A DNA stretch of 50,713 bases from assembly GCA_040398885.1 (NCBI GenBank), contig JBBATF010000001.1. One strand, given 5' to 3'. The stretch is from Mycobacterium sp. (GTDB taxonomy: Bacteria > Actinomycetota > Actinomycetes > Mycobacteriales > Mycobacteriaceae). Shown in pieces: positions 39,856-49,323 of the stretch; positions within the stretch are counted from its first letter, which is position 1; each line of letters starts with the position of its first letter. The translations under genes were made by a program, and so were the position numbers. The notes beneath the pieces were generated by a model. The model did not search any database and was not told the DNA's origin. It saw only the letters and a program-made list of their open reading frames with translations.

Positions 39856-41241
39856 TCAGCGCTGGACGTGCCCGTCGGCCACGCTCAGCGCCGCGTCCAG
39901 AATCGCCAGGCCCTCGTTGATCTCGGCGTCGGTGACGTTGCACGGCGGGCAGGCGTGGATGCGGTTGAAGTTCGCGAACGGCAGCATTCCGCCCGACTTG
40001 CAGGCGGCCACAACGGCATTCATCGCCGGGCTCGAGCCGCCGTAGGGGGCCAGCGGCTCGCGGGTCGCGGGGTTCGCGACCAGTTCGATGGCCCAGAACA
40101 CACCCAGCCCGCGCACCTCTCCAACCGAGGGGTGCCGAGATGCCAGGTCGCGCAGGCCCGGTCCGAGCACCTGCTCGCCGATGCGGGCGGCGTTGGCCAC
40201 CATCCCTTCGTCCTCCATGGCGTTGATGGTCGCCACCGCCGCGGCACAGGCCAAGGGATGTCCGGAGTAGGTAAGCCCACCGGGGTAGGGCCGGTCGGCG
40301 AAGGTGGCGAAGACGGCGTCGTTGATTGCCACCCCGCCGAGTGGCACGTACCCCGACGTCACACCCTTGGCGAAGGTGATCAGATCCGGCACCACGTCGA
40401 AATGGTCGATGGCGAACCACTTTCCGGTCCGGCCGAAACCGGCCATCACCTCGTCGGCGATCATCACGATGCCGTGCCGGTCGCAGATCTCGCGCACCCC
40501 GGCGAGGTAGCCGGGCGGGGGCACCATGATGCCCGCGGTGCCCGGCACCGACTCGAGGATGATCGCCGCGATGGTGTCCGGCCCCTCGTGGGCGACGAGG
40601 CGCTCGAGGTAATCCAGTGCCCGCTGCGACTCCTGCTGCTCGTTCTCGGCGTAGAACGACGAGCGATACAGGAACGGGCCGTTGAAGTGCACGACACCGG
40701 CGGCGCCGTAGTCGGATGCGTAGCGCCGGGGATCGCCGGTGAGGTTGATCGCGGTGTCGGTGCCGCCGTGATAGGAGCGGTAGCGGGAGAGCACCTTGCG
40801 CCGGCCGGTGTGCAGGCGGGCCATCCGCACCGCGTGCTCCACCGCGTCGGCGCCGGCGTTGGTGAAGAACACATGGTTCAGGTCGCCCGGGGTGCGCTCG
40901 GCGATGAGCCGGGCGGCCTCGGAGCGGGCCGCGTTGACGTGCTGGGGGGCGATCGTGCACAGCTTGGCCGCCTGCTCGGCGATCGCGGCGATCACCTTCG
41001 GGTGCTGATGGCCGATGTTGGTGAAGACCAGTTGGCCGGAGAAGTCCAGCAGTCTGCTGCCCTCGCCGTCCCAGACGTAGGCGCCGTCGGCGGCGACGAT
41101 CGTCATCGGGGTGATCTGCTCCTGCGCCGACCAGGAGTGGAACACGTGCCGGCGGTCGAGTTCGTAGGCGCGGCGGCCCTCGGCGATCGCGGTGGGGATG
41201 TCCTGCCCGTTCGGCAGGGCCGTTTCGGTGGTGGTCATCAC
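39856..41241 (-). CDS. Class III PLP-dependent aminotransferase
   Basis: SYHGGT, IADEVMAGFGRTG, TFAKG and GGLTYSGHP motifs. Confidence 0.92.
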   Translation of the reverse strand: MMTTTETALPNGQDIPTAIAEGRRAYELDRRHVFHSWSAQEQITPMTIVAADGAYVWDGEGSRLLDFSGQLVFTNIGHQHPKVIAAIAEQAAKLCTIAPQHVNAARSEAARLIAERTPGDLNHVFFTNAGADAVEHAVRMARLHTGRRKVLSRYRSYHGGTDTAINLTGDPRRYASDYGAAGVVHFNGPFLYRSSFYAENEQQESQRALDYLERLVAHEGPDTIAAIILESVPGTAGIMVPPPGYLAGVREICDRHGIVMIADEVMAGFGRTGKWFAIDHFDVVPDLITFAKGVTSGYVPLGGVAINDAVFATFADRPYPGGLTYSGHPLACAAAVATINAMEDEGMVANAARIGEQVLGPGLRDLASRHPSVGEVRGLGVFWAIELVANPATREPLAPYGGSSPAMNAVVAACKSGGMLPFANFNRIHACPPCNVTDAEINEGLAILDAALSVADGHVQR

Positions 41242-41342
41242 CGCGCAGTCTACCGGCCGGTCCTTATGTCAATCCCGGCTTGCTGCTCGGTGCGGTAGAT
41301 TCATCACCCGAGACGGCCTGCGAAGTGCGGGAGATGGGGGCC

Positions 41343-43208
41343 ATGTCGAAATCGGGTTACACCGCACGGTTGGCTGCGGCGGCTTTTGCGGTCGGAATCG
41401 CGCTGGGCGCACCGGCGGCCGGCGTCGCCCCGGTCGCCGCCGCCGACTCACCAGACACCTCGGCCGCGAGCGACTCCGGCGGGCGCGCCGAACCGGGCCG
41501 TGCCGTCCGGGGACCGAGGGCGGCCTCCCGTGCCGACAGCAACACCCGGGGCGCCACGGCGCGCGCGGCGGCCGCCGAACCCGCGGCTGCCGACGACGAG
41601 GCCGGCCCGCGCCACGGTGTCGGTGCCCGCACCGTCGAGAAGCGCGGCCGATCCTCCGCCGGGGCCGAGCCGCCCGCGGCCGTCGCCACCCCCGGCGGAA
41701 CGGCCCCCGAGAAACCGGACATCGGCACACCGGCCCCCGACACACCGGCCCCCGACACACCACTGCAGGCGGGACCGCTGAGCGCCCGTGCGCCCGTCGC
41801 GCAGCCACCCTCCGCTCCGGTTGCTGCGGTTGCGGTCAACGAGCCCGCCGGTCCGCTGATGCAGCAAGCGGACCTGCCGCCGGCCGCACCGGTGGCACAG
41901 GCCCCGGCGTACAGCGCGCCGGCAACCCTCGACGCCCCGGCCGGCATGGCCACATCGTCGGCCGCCGCCACCCTCGACGGGCTGCTCGGCTCGTTCCGGG
42001 CACTCTTCGAGGGCGCGGCGCTGTTGTGGCGCCGCCGATTCTTCAACGAGGCTCCCACCGTCAGCCCGGTCCAGCTGACCGGGCTGACCGCCGGACCCAT
42101 CACCGGCACCATCGGCGCGGTGGACCCCGAAGGCGACCCGCTGACCTACGCGGTCACCGGGATTCCGAGCTACGGCACCGTCACGGTCGGCCGGGACGGC
42201 GCCTACACCTACACCCCCGGATCGGCCTTCGCGGGCAGCGACAGCTTCGTCGTCGCCGTCACCGACGGCGGCATGCACATCAACCTGCTGGATCTCAGGC
42301 GCCCCAAGAGCGTCGATGCCGGCGTCTCGGTGGCCCAGGGCATCACGGTTCCGCTGCTGCGTTTCCAGTTCCTCTACGGCTCGGGATCCCAGTACTGGTC
42401 ACCGGAGGCGCGTCGGGCTCTGGAGTCCTCGGCCGCGAAACTGGCCGGGTACCTCGTGGTGAGCTCACCGGTGACCATCACCTACACGGTGACCGGCCAG
42501 AAGTTCCCGCTCTCCTCGACGCTGGCGACGGCGGGCAGCGACTTCACCTTCGCCGGATCGGGATTCATTCAGACGGTGGTCCAGAAGAAGATCCAAACCG
42601 GGGTCGACGCCAATGCCGGCGCCCCCGACGGCGAGATCACCTGGAATTTCGGGCCGTCCTGGTCCTACGGCAACACCGTGGCCAACAACCAGTACGACTT
42701 CCAGTCGACGGCGCTGCACGAACTGGTGCACACGCTCGGGTTCTTGTCCTATGCCGAGAATGCCGGAAACAACACCGGCAAGATCTGGACCGTCTACGAC
42801 AGCTATCTGGTCGACTCCGGCGGCACGCCGGTGATCGGCACCGACTACAGGTGGAAAACCGCGTACAACGCCAACCTGACCGGCGGCAACGGCGGGCTGT
42901 ACTTCGGCGGGCCCGGAGCCGTCGCAGCCTACGGCGGACCGGTGCCGCTCTACACCCCATCGCCGTACTCGTCCGGCAGTTCGCTGTCCCACCTCGACGA
43001 CGGCCGGTTCACCGGCTCCAAGGAAAAGCTGATGAACGCCGTCAGCGGCCAGGGCACGGGAGTTCGGGTGCTGAGCCCGGTCGAGTTGGGCGTGCTGACC
43101 GATATCGGCTACCAGCTGACTCCCTCGGGGGCGCCGACACTGATGGTGGTCGGATTCCTCTTCATCCGACGGCCGCGCCGAAAGAACAGGGCAGCGAGCA
43201 GGCGGTAG
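41343..43208 (+). CDS. Secreted protein with cadherin/Ig-like domain and zinc metalloprotease domain
   Basis: Signal peptide, low-complexity linker, DPEGDPLTY...DGAYTYTP Ig-like repeat, HELVHTLG (HExxH), SHLDD, LMN. Confidence 0.8.
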   Translation: MSKSGYTARLAAAAFAVGIALGAPAAGVAPVAAADSPDTSAASDSGGRAEPGRAVRGPRAASRADSNTRGATARAAAAEPAAADDEAGPRHGVGARTVEKRGRSSAGAEPPAAVATPGGTAPEKPDIGTPAPDTPAPDTPLQAGPLSARAPVAQPPSAPVAAVAVNEPAGPLMQQADLPPAAPVAQAPAYSAPATLDAPAGMATSSAAATLDGLLGSFRALFEGAALLWRRRFFNEAPTVSPVQLTGLTAGPITGTIGAVDPEGDPLTYAVTGIPSYGTVTVGRDGAYTYTPGSAFAGSDSFVVAVTDGGMHINLLDLRRPKSVDAGVSVAQGITVPLLRFQFLYGSGSQYWSPEARRALESSAAKLAGYLVVSSPVTITYTVTGQKFPLSSTLATAGSDFTFAGSGFIQTVVQKKIQTGVDANAGAPDGEITWNFGPSWSYGNTVANNQYDFQSTALHELVHTLGFLSYAENAGNNTGKIWTVYDSYLVDSGGTPVIGTDYRWKTAYNANLTGGNGGLYFGGPGAVAAYGGPVPLYTPSPYSSGSSLSHLDDGRFTGSKEKLMNAVSGQGTGVRVLSPVELGVLTDIGYQLTPSGAPTLMVVGFLFIRRPRRKNRAASRR

Positions 43209-43251
43209 GAACAGGCTGCCGGGCGAGCGACTAGGAACAGGCTGCTGGGCG
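43206..43251 (+). repeat. Short direct repeat, period 26 bp
   Basis: taggaacaggctgc(c/t)gggcg at 43206 and 43232. Confidence 0.7.
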
Positions 43252-43446
43252 GCCGAGGACCGGCAGCAACCGTTCGGCGACGTTTGGATGCCGACACGAC
43301 ACCGTTGCGTCACGGTTGGGCAACTCGCCCTGCGCTGATCCTGCCGGGGGTGGCGACGCGGAATTCGTTGTTGTAGATGTGGCTGTAGTGACTGATGGGC
43401 CGCGGTGCCGGAAAGGCCGGCCGAAGGCCCGGAGAGGTGAGTCGAC

Positions 43447-43953
43447 ATGAACCGCGTGGGTGCGACCCGAAACGCGTTGGTCGGCCTGGTGCTGGTGATC
43501 CTGACGGCACTGGGACTGACCGTGGGACCAGGTGCGGCGTCGGCGGCCCCGGTATCCCGGGAGCAGGCCGTCAATCTCGTGATCGCCCGCGGCCTGGCCC
43601 AGCGCGGCGTTCCGTACTCCTGGGCCGGTGGCGGGATCGAAGGACCAAGCCTGGGCAAGGGCGACGGCGCGGGCATCGTCGGTTTCGACGCCTCGGGTCT
43701 GATCCAGTACGTCTACGCCGGTGTGAACGCCAAACTGCCGCGCTCATCGGGGGAGATGTACAAAGTCGGCCAGCGCGTGACCCCGGCCCGAGCGTTGCCG
43801 GCGGACCTGATCTTCTACGGTCCCGACGGCGCCACGACGGTGACGATGTTCCTGGGGAACAACCAGATGCTCGAGGTCGGCGACAACGGTGTGACGGTGT
43901 CGCAGGTTCGGACCGCCGACATGGCGCCGTATCTGGTGCGGATCATCGCCTAG
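43447..43953 (+). CDS. ripD: NlpC/P60 peptidoglycan-binding protein RipD (non-catalytic)
   Basis: GVPYSWAGG; FDASGL has Ala in place of the catalytic Cys, as in Rv1566c. Confidence 0.85.
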   Translation: MNRVGATRNALVGLVLVILTALGLTVGPGAASAAPVSREQAVNLVIARGLAQRGVPYSWAGGGIEGPSLGKGDGAGIVGFDASGLIQYVYAGVNAKLPRSSGEMYKVGQRVTPARALPADLIFYGPDGATTVTMFLGNNQMLEVGDNGVTVSQVRTADMAPYLVRIIA

Positions 43954-44181
43954 GTCGGGAACCCCGACAGGCCGGCGCTGGAGATCTAGCGGCCCGCTAC
44001 GCGCAGTCGGTGCAGATCGACTCGCCGTTGCGGCCCCGGGCGCTGCGAATCCGCAGGTAGTTCGTCTCACCGGCTCTCCGCCGACAACGGAGTCGGCTCA
44101 CGGGACGTTTCAGCGTGCGTCGGCAACCTTGGTGATTGGGCCGAGAACCTGGATCGCATTCTGGACCGCGAGGCGCTGAGG

Positions 44182-44406
44182 GTGCGGATGAGCATGGACG
44201 TGCGGCTGGCACCACAGCGCATCGAAATCGTCTTCACCGACGACGGCAGTCCGGCGGCCGTCGACCTGCATTCCGTCAGCCTCCCAGGTGGTCTGGCGGA
44301 TCGGGGTCGTGGCCTGGCCATCGCCAAGGCGGTTCTCGACGAACTCTCCTACCGACGCGACAACGGCCGAAACACTTGGGTGCTGGCACACCGGCGCTTC
44401 TTGTGA
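44182..44406 (+). pseudogene. C-terminal fragment of an RsbW-like anti-sigma factor (HATPase_c)
   Basis: FTDDG (G1), GRGLAI (G2), GRNTW; N-box absent. Confidence 0.6.
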
Positions 44407-44445
44407 TGATGCAGCCCCAACGCCGACCGGCAGTGCTTCCAGTTC

Positions 44446-46560
44446 TCACTCGAACGTAATCAGAACCAATGAGCAGTCGTCCTCGAATCCTCCTGACGGT
44501 GCCAGATCGCACAATTCGTCGATGAGGTCGTCGAGTGTCCAGACCGGCGATCCGGCCAACCGGGTGACAACGTCGGTGAGGCCGCCGATCGTCATCTGTT
44601 CGCCGCCGGCGAGAACGATCTCGTTCGCGCCATCGCTGAAGAGGAGAATCCTGCTCCCCGGTGGCACCGAATAGGAAGCCGTCGTGAATCGCGTATCCTC
44701 AAAAAGCCCGACGGGCTGACCGCCGGTGGTCAATTCCGTTGTCGTAATCCTGCTTTCGATCTCCGGATGGAGAACAATTGCGGGCGGAGCACCGGCACTG
44801 GCGTAGCGCAGCGTACGCGTGGGCCGGTCGTAGACCCCGTACCAGATGGTGAAGAAGTGATCCCTTTGCTGCTCCATCTGGAAGAGCCGATTCAACTCGG
44901 TCAGCACCGCCGCAGGGTCCAGCATGGTCTCGGCGGTGATTGTTCCTGAACGGAGCAAGTTGTGCAGTGACACCGACAGCAACGCGGGTTCGATGCCGTG
45001 GCCGGAGACGTCGATGAGATACGCGACCAGATGGTCACCATCGATCCAGGTGTATTCGAAGCAGTCGCCACCGAGCACACTTGACGGCAGGTAGCGAGAC
45101 GAGACGGTGACCGGTCCGGCCAAGCCCCGCGGCATGATCGACTTCATATAGCTCGCGGCGCTGCCCAATTCAGCCGTCGTCTGGTCGTTCTGCCGCTGAA
45201 GCTGTTGAGCCAGGACGCGATTGCGCTCATCGGCCTGAACTCGCGCGGTGATGTCGATGATCTGGGAGATGAAGTTCTCCACCTGTCCGTCCTCGTCGCG
45301 CACACAGCCGACCGAGAGATCGCCCCAGATCCGATGGCCGTCGGCGTGGATGCACTGCTTGACCATCTGGTAGGAGTCGATCCGGCCTGAAAGGATGTCA
45401 GAGATGTTTCTAAGTTCGTCTGCGAGGAACTCCGGCGCGGTCAAGTCCTGCCAGGTTTTCTGCGTCAAGGTTTCGGCGTCAAAGCCGAAGAGCTCACACA
45501 GCGCAGCGTTGACTTCTTCGAAGCGACCGTCCGGGGCGAGCAGACACATGCCGATCGCGGCGCTGTCCATGGAGCGGCGGAAACGCGCGTCAGCCCTGGC
45601 CCGCTCCCGGCGTGCCTGTTCGACTGCCCGCTCCGCGGCCACCTCGTCATCGACCACGCGGATCGAGTGTGCGGCTTCCGCTTGAGCGGTCATGTCGATG
45701 ACCTGGGTGACGAAGCCTCGGGACTCTCCCTCGGGCGCGTTCAGCACGCTCGAGGTCGCATCAACCCAGAGGCGATGCCCGTCGGCGTGCAGGTACTGCT
45801 TCCTGGCCCGGTAGACGCCGGCCCGTCCCGAGATCATGTCCGCCAGGGCTGCGAGGTCGGCGTCGAGGAATTCGGGGGCGGTGATGTCCTGCCAGGTCAT
45901 CTGGCCCAGCGTGTCGGCGTCGTAGCCCACCAGATCGCACATCGCCGTGTTGACCCTCACGAAGCGCCCGGCCAGATCGCTCATCGCGGTCGCGACGACG
46001 GAGTTGTCGATCACCCCTCGCTCAAGGGCGTCCGCTGCGACCTGCTGCACGCGCACCTCCTCGAGTCGCCGGCGCGCCTCTTCGACATGCTGTTGCGCGG
46101 CGACTTCGTCGTCGACCAGACGCAACGTCGCGGCCACCCCATCCTGGCGGCCGTCGGCGCCGTGGAACGGCCTGGCGTGCAGATCCAGCCAGTGGACGAC
46201 GCCATCGGCGCCGACCACCCTGCCGCGCCCCCGGACCGTCTCACCCGCCAAAGCCCGGGCCATCAACGCCGCCTGGTACTGAAGGTCCTCCGGCGGAATG
46301 TGGGCGAACACTTCCCAGCCCAGCCAGTACTCAGGAGGCGCACCCAGTGCCTCTTCTACGGACGGCGAGACCCAGACAACCTTGCCATCCCGCACATGAC
46401 AGAGGATGTCCGTGGAATTCTCGGCCAGCAGCCGATAACGCTCCTCGGACTCGGCGAGAAGGCGGATGTCCTCATCGGGGGGGGCGACATCCCGATAGCT
46501 CACGCTGATCGAACCGCCTTGAAGCACACGCCCCGGCCCCCATCGGGCTTCGTCCACCAC
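44446..46560 (-). CDS. Multi-PAS SpoIIE/PP2C (RsbU-like) phosphatase; start uncertain
   Basis: Three PAS/PAC domains; LGGDCF, DVSGHG, FSDG and DDCS motifs. Confidence 0.88.
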   Translation of the reverse strand: MVDEARWGPGRVLQGGSISVSYRDVAPPDEDIRLLAESEERYRLLAENSTDILCHVRDGKVVWVSPSVEEALGAPPEYWLGWEVFAHIPPEDLQYQAALMARALAGETVRGRGRVVGADGVVHWLDLHARPFHGADGRQDGVAATLRLVDDEVAAQQHVEEARRRLEEVRVQQVAADALERGVIDNSVVATAMSDLAGRFVRVNTAMCDLVGYDADTLGQMTWQDITAPEFLDADLAALADMISGRAGVYRARKQYLHADGHRLWVDATSSVLNAPEGESRGFVTQVIDMTAQAEAAHSIRVVDDEVAAERAVEQARRERARADARFRRSMDSAAIGMCLLAPDGRFEEVNAALCELFGFDAETLTQKTWQDLTAPEFLADELRNISDILSGRIDSYQMVKQCIHADGHRIWGDLSVGCVRDEDGQVENFISQIIDITARVQADERNRVLAQQLQRQNDQTTAELGSAASYMKSIMPRGLAGPVTVSSRYLPSSVLGGDCFEYTWIDGDHLVAYLIDVSGHGIEPALLSVSLHNLLRSGTITAETMLDPAAVLTELNRLFQMEQQRDHFFTIWYGVYDRPTRTLRYASAGAPPAIVLHPEIESRITTTELTTGGQPVGLFEDTRFTTASYSVPPGSRILLFSDGANEIVLAGGEQMTIGGLTDVVTRLAGSPVWTLDDLIDELCDLAPSGGFEDDCSLVLITFE

Positions 46561-46656
46561 TGCGAATTCGGATTTCTGGGCGAGTTCATGACCACTCTCC
46601 TGAACACCTGGTGGCCGGACTTCTTTCGACCCAGCGACGAAACAACCTCTGAACAG

Positions 46657-47090
46657 TCATATGCGAAATGCCGCTGATGAACTCATCGTACGCCGGCACA
46701 GCCGCGGCCGGCTCATCTGATGTGTCTCGTCGGTCCACACCCTGAAGCTTGTCAGTGTGTTGTCGCCGAAAGCGTTGCTCAACGCCACATCGGCGGCGTC
46801 GCGCCCGCTCGCGATGAGAACTCTGCCGATGCGGGGGGTGTTGTTGCGGGCGTCGAAGGTGCGCCATTGCCCGCCGAGGAAGACCTCGAACCAGGCGGCG
46901 AAGTCCATCGGACCGTGGATCGGTATCGCAATACCGAGCTGCCGAGTAGGCAGACAAGCGTGTCGACGGGCAGCTGCTCAACCGGAATCTGTTGTGCGTC
47001 GGCAACAATGGCGTCGGGTAATCCGGTGTCGTTGACAGTCGCGTTCGCGGTGACGCGGGTGTGGACACTCTGGCCGGCGAGGGCAGACGC
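46657..47090 (-). pseudogene. Transglutaminase-like gene remnant
   Basis: Pieces in three frames: DTGLPD...LPVDTLVCLLGS / RYCDTD / MDFAAWFEVFLGGQWRTFDARNN..GRDAADVA; catalytic-Cys segment deleted. Confidence 0.75.
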
Positions 47091-47097
47091 GTGGTCT

Positions 47098-47574
47098 TCA
47101 GTCGGGGTGGCTGAGTGGTTCCTTCCCAACGTCGGGGTCGGTCCACAGCGGGCCGCGGTCGGCGAACAGCGGAACCCGGGAGACCGACTCGACCCCGCCG
47201 GCGACCGTCAGCCGGACATCCCCGGCGCGCAGCCGGGCGGCGGCGTGCGCGACGGCGTCGATCCCCGAGGCGCAGAACCGGTTGATCGTCAGACCCGGAA
47301 CGCGGTCACCCCAGCCGGCCAGCAGTGCCGAGGTGCGCGCGATGTCGGCACCCTGCTCGTCGACCTGGGAGGCGCAGCCCACGATGACGTCGTCGATCCG
47401 GCCGGGGTCCAGACCGGTCCGTTCGACCAGGGCCCGTTCAAGGTGGATCAGCAGTTCAGTGGCGGTGCGGTCGTGCAGCGCGCCCTTCGCCGAGGCCTTG
47501 CCGCGCGGGGTGCGCACATAGTCCAGAACGAGAGCGTCCAGAGCCAGGGCGTGCAGAACTGGGGAGTCGCTCAT
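47098..47574 (-). pseudogene. N-terminal fragment of a thiolase (acetyl-CoA acyltransferase)
   Basis: VRTPRGK, DDVIVGC, INRFCASG, AGGVES; only 158 aa versus ~400 aa for intact thiolases. Confidence 0.8.
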
Positions 47575-47625
47575 GCGGTGGACTTTACGGCGCTGGACGG
47601 GCTCCCAAGACGGCTGGCGTCGGCC

Positions 47626-48342
47626 TCACCCCATCCGGCGGAACAACTCTGCCGGCCGGCCGCGGGACCCGGTCTCCTCGACCATCCCGGTCCGCTCCAC
47701 CTTGTCCTCCATGGCGCGGCGGAACTTGTCCCGGCCGAACTCCTCGCCGGCGACCGCCTCGTGGACCCGGCGTAGCTCGCTGAGGGTGAACCGGGGGCCC
47801 AGCAGCCGGTCGGGGTCGGGGTCGTTCTCGTAGCGCTCCCGGACGTCGGCTCTGGCGCGGCGCACGATCTCGGGGTGATCCCACGCCAGGTCCCCGGGCC
47901 GGTCGACGGGTGCCAGCCGGGTGTCGCCGGCCGCGCCGGACCCCAGTGCTCGCAGGTGCTCGAGGCGGACGACGGCCACGTGGGCCACTGAGATCACCCA
48001 GTCACGGTGATCGCGGTGAGGGTCGTCGAGCACGTGCAGTTGGCGAGGTCGGATGTTCTCCACGCCGAGCTTGGCGCGCAGGCACCGCTCCACCGCCTCG
48101 GCCAGCGTCTCGCCCTTGCGTACGAATGCCCCCGGCAGCGCCCACTTGCCGATGTCGTCGCGCCACATCTCCACCACGACCAGGCCCCGCTTCGGGCAGA
48201 TCGTCAGCAGCGCGGTGTCGACGGCCACGATGGGCCGCGGGTAGTTGCGCGACGGTTTTTTGTCAGACCGCCTTGATACCTTGGTGTTTGGGCGGTCGGG
48301 GAGTGAACCGGGCGGTTCATCGGGGAGTGCGCTGTCGCCCAT
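47626..48342 (-). CDS. nrtR: NrtR-type regulator (NUDIX domain plus winged HTH)
   Basis: WALPGAFVRKGETLAEAVERCL degenerate Nudix box, RDHR, FTLSELRRVHE, FRR and GRPAELFR. Confidence 0.8.
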   Translation of the reverse strand: MGDSALPDEPPGSLPDRPNTKVSRRSDKKPSRNYPRPIVAVDTALLTICPKRGLVVVEMWRDDIGKWALPGAFVRKGETLAEAVERCLRAKLGVENIRPRQLHVLDDPHRDHRDWVISVAHVAVVRLEHLRALGSGAAGDTRLAPVDRPGDLAWDHPEIVRRARADVRERYENDPDPDRLLGPRFTLSELRRVHEAVAGEEFGRDKFRRAMEDKVERTGMVEETGSRGRPAELFRRMG

Positions 48343-48372
48343 CGGCTCAACCTAGCATTTTGTTGGCTTATT

Positions 48373-48411
48373 GCACATAATCATAATTTGCGCTAAAATC
48401 GCACATAATCA
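48373..48411. promoter_or_regulatory. AT-rich palindromic operator in the divergent promoter (candidate NrtR site)
   Basis: ATAATTTGCG-N7-CGCACATAAT (48383-48409, arms 8/10 complementary); GCACATAATCA repeated at 48373 and 48401. Confidence 0.55.
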
Positions 48412-48442
48412 AACACGTCAACGGGGAACGGGGGAACTGCCA

Positions 48443-49204
48443 ATGCAGGGAATCAATATCGACACCGCGGTACTGGTCATTTGCGATGACGACACTGCCA
48501 GCCGGATGGACGTGCTGGCCGAGAAAGCCGCCGAGCACGGGGCACGGATCGCCGAGACGTTCGCCTTCCCGGTGGGGGCCGCTGCGTCCAGCGATGACCT
48601 CGCCCAGGTGGACGCCGTCGTCGCCGCGCTCAGTCGCGCCGTCGGCACCCGCACCTCGCTGTGGTGCCCGTTTCCGCTTCAGGATCTGTGCCGAGAGGCC
48701 CACATCCGGCGCCTCAGCCTCGCCCTACAGCGCCACGGCCTCAATCTCCTGCTGGGCCAATACATGTCGCCGTGCCCCACAGAGGGTGGCTACAGCGCCC
48801 TTGATGCCGCGCTGCGTGAGGAAGTGAAGGCCGTCGACGAGATCGACAACGCCGCGCTGGCCCTCGCGGGTTCGGAGACCCTGGGTGCCCAGATCGAGGC
48901 GGAACTGGCCCGCAAGGCCGGAGCCTCGCGCAGGGCGTGCCGCGGGGAACGGATCTACAGCACCCGCGAGGCGGCCGGGCTGCTCGGTCAGCCGGTCAAC
49001 TGGATCACCTGGGCGCTGGGCAAGAACTTCTTCACCTACGCCGACGACTCGCCCATCGAGCCGCTGCGGGTGGGGCGAGGCCGGCGCCGCCGCTTCACTG
49101 TGGGGATGCTCAGGGAAATGACGAAGTCCTGCCACCGGCAGGGTGTCCTCAGTCAGCGGGAGTGCGAGCGGGTGCTGGCCGGACTGTCCCGCACGGAGCG
49201 GTAA
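48443..49204 (+). CDS. Hypothetical protein with C-terminal MerR/excisionase-like HTH
   Basis: IYSTREAAGLLG...RRRFT; GGGGAA RBS. Confidence 0.7.
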   Translation: MQGINIDTAVLVICDDDTASRMDVLAEKAAEHGARIAETFAFPVGAAASSDDLAQVDAVVAALSRAVGTRTSLWCPFPLQDLCREAHIRRLSLALQRHGLNLLLGQYMSPCPTEGGYSALDAALREEVKAVDEIDNAALALAGSETLGAQIEAELARKAGASRRACRGERIYSTREAAGLLGQPVNWITWALGKNFFTYADDSPIEPLRVGRGRRRRFTVGMLREMTKSCHRQGVLSQRECERVLAGLSRTER

Positions 49205-49323
49205 CACGACGCCCGCCCGCCGTCGCCGTCACCGGTGGCGGGCGCCGAGCGTTACTGACCGCACACGGGAGGCCGCACCGGGTCGTCCCGCACTTCATCC
49301 ACCAACGGAAAGGACCTTCGACC

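Noticed and set aside
43309-43324. GTCAC-N6-GCAAC upstream of ripD (and GTCACAG near 15716 upstream of the L,D-transpeptidase) as MtrA/GlnR sites
   Set aside because: Too short and degenerate to call without a PWM or binding data
43447-43953. Loss of the catalytic Cys in the NlpC/P60 protein as a novelty
   Set aside because: Known property of RipD
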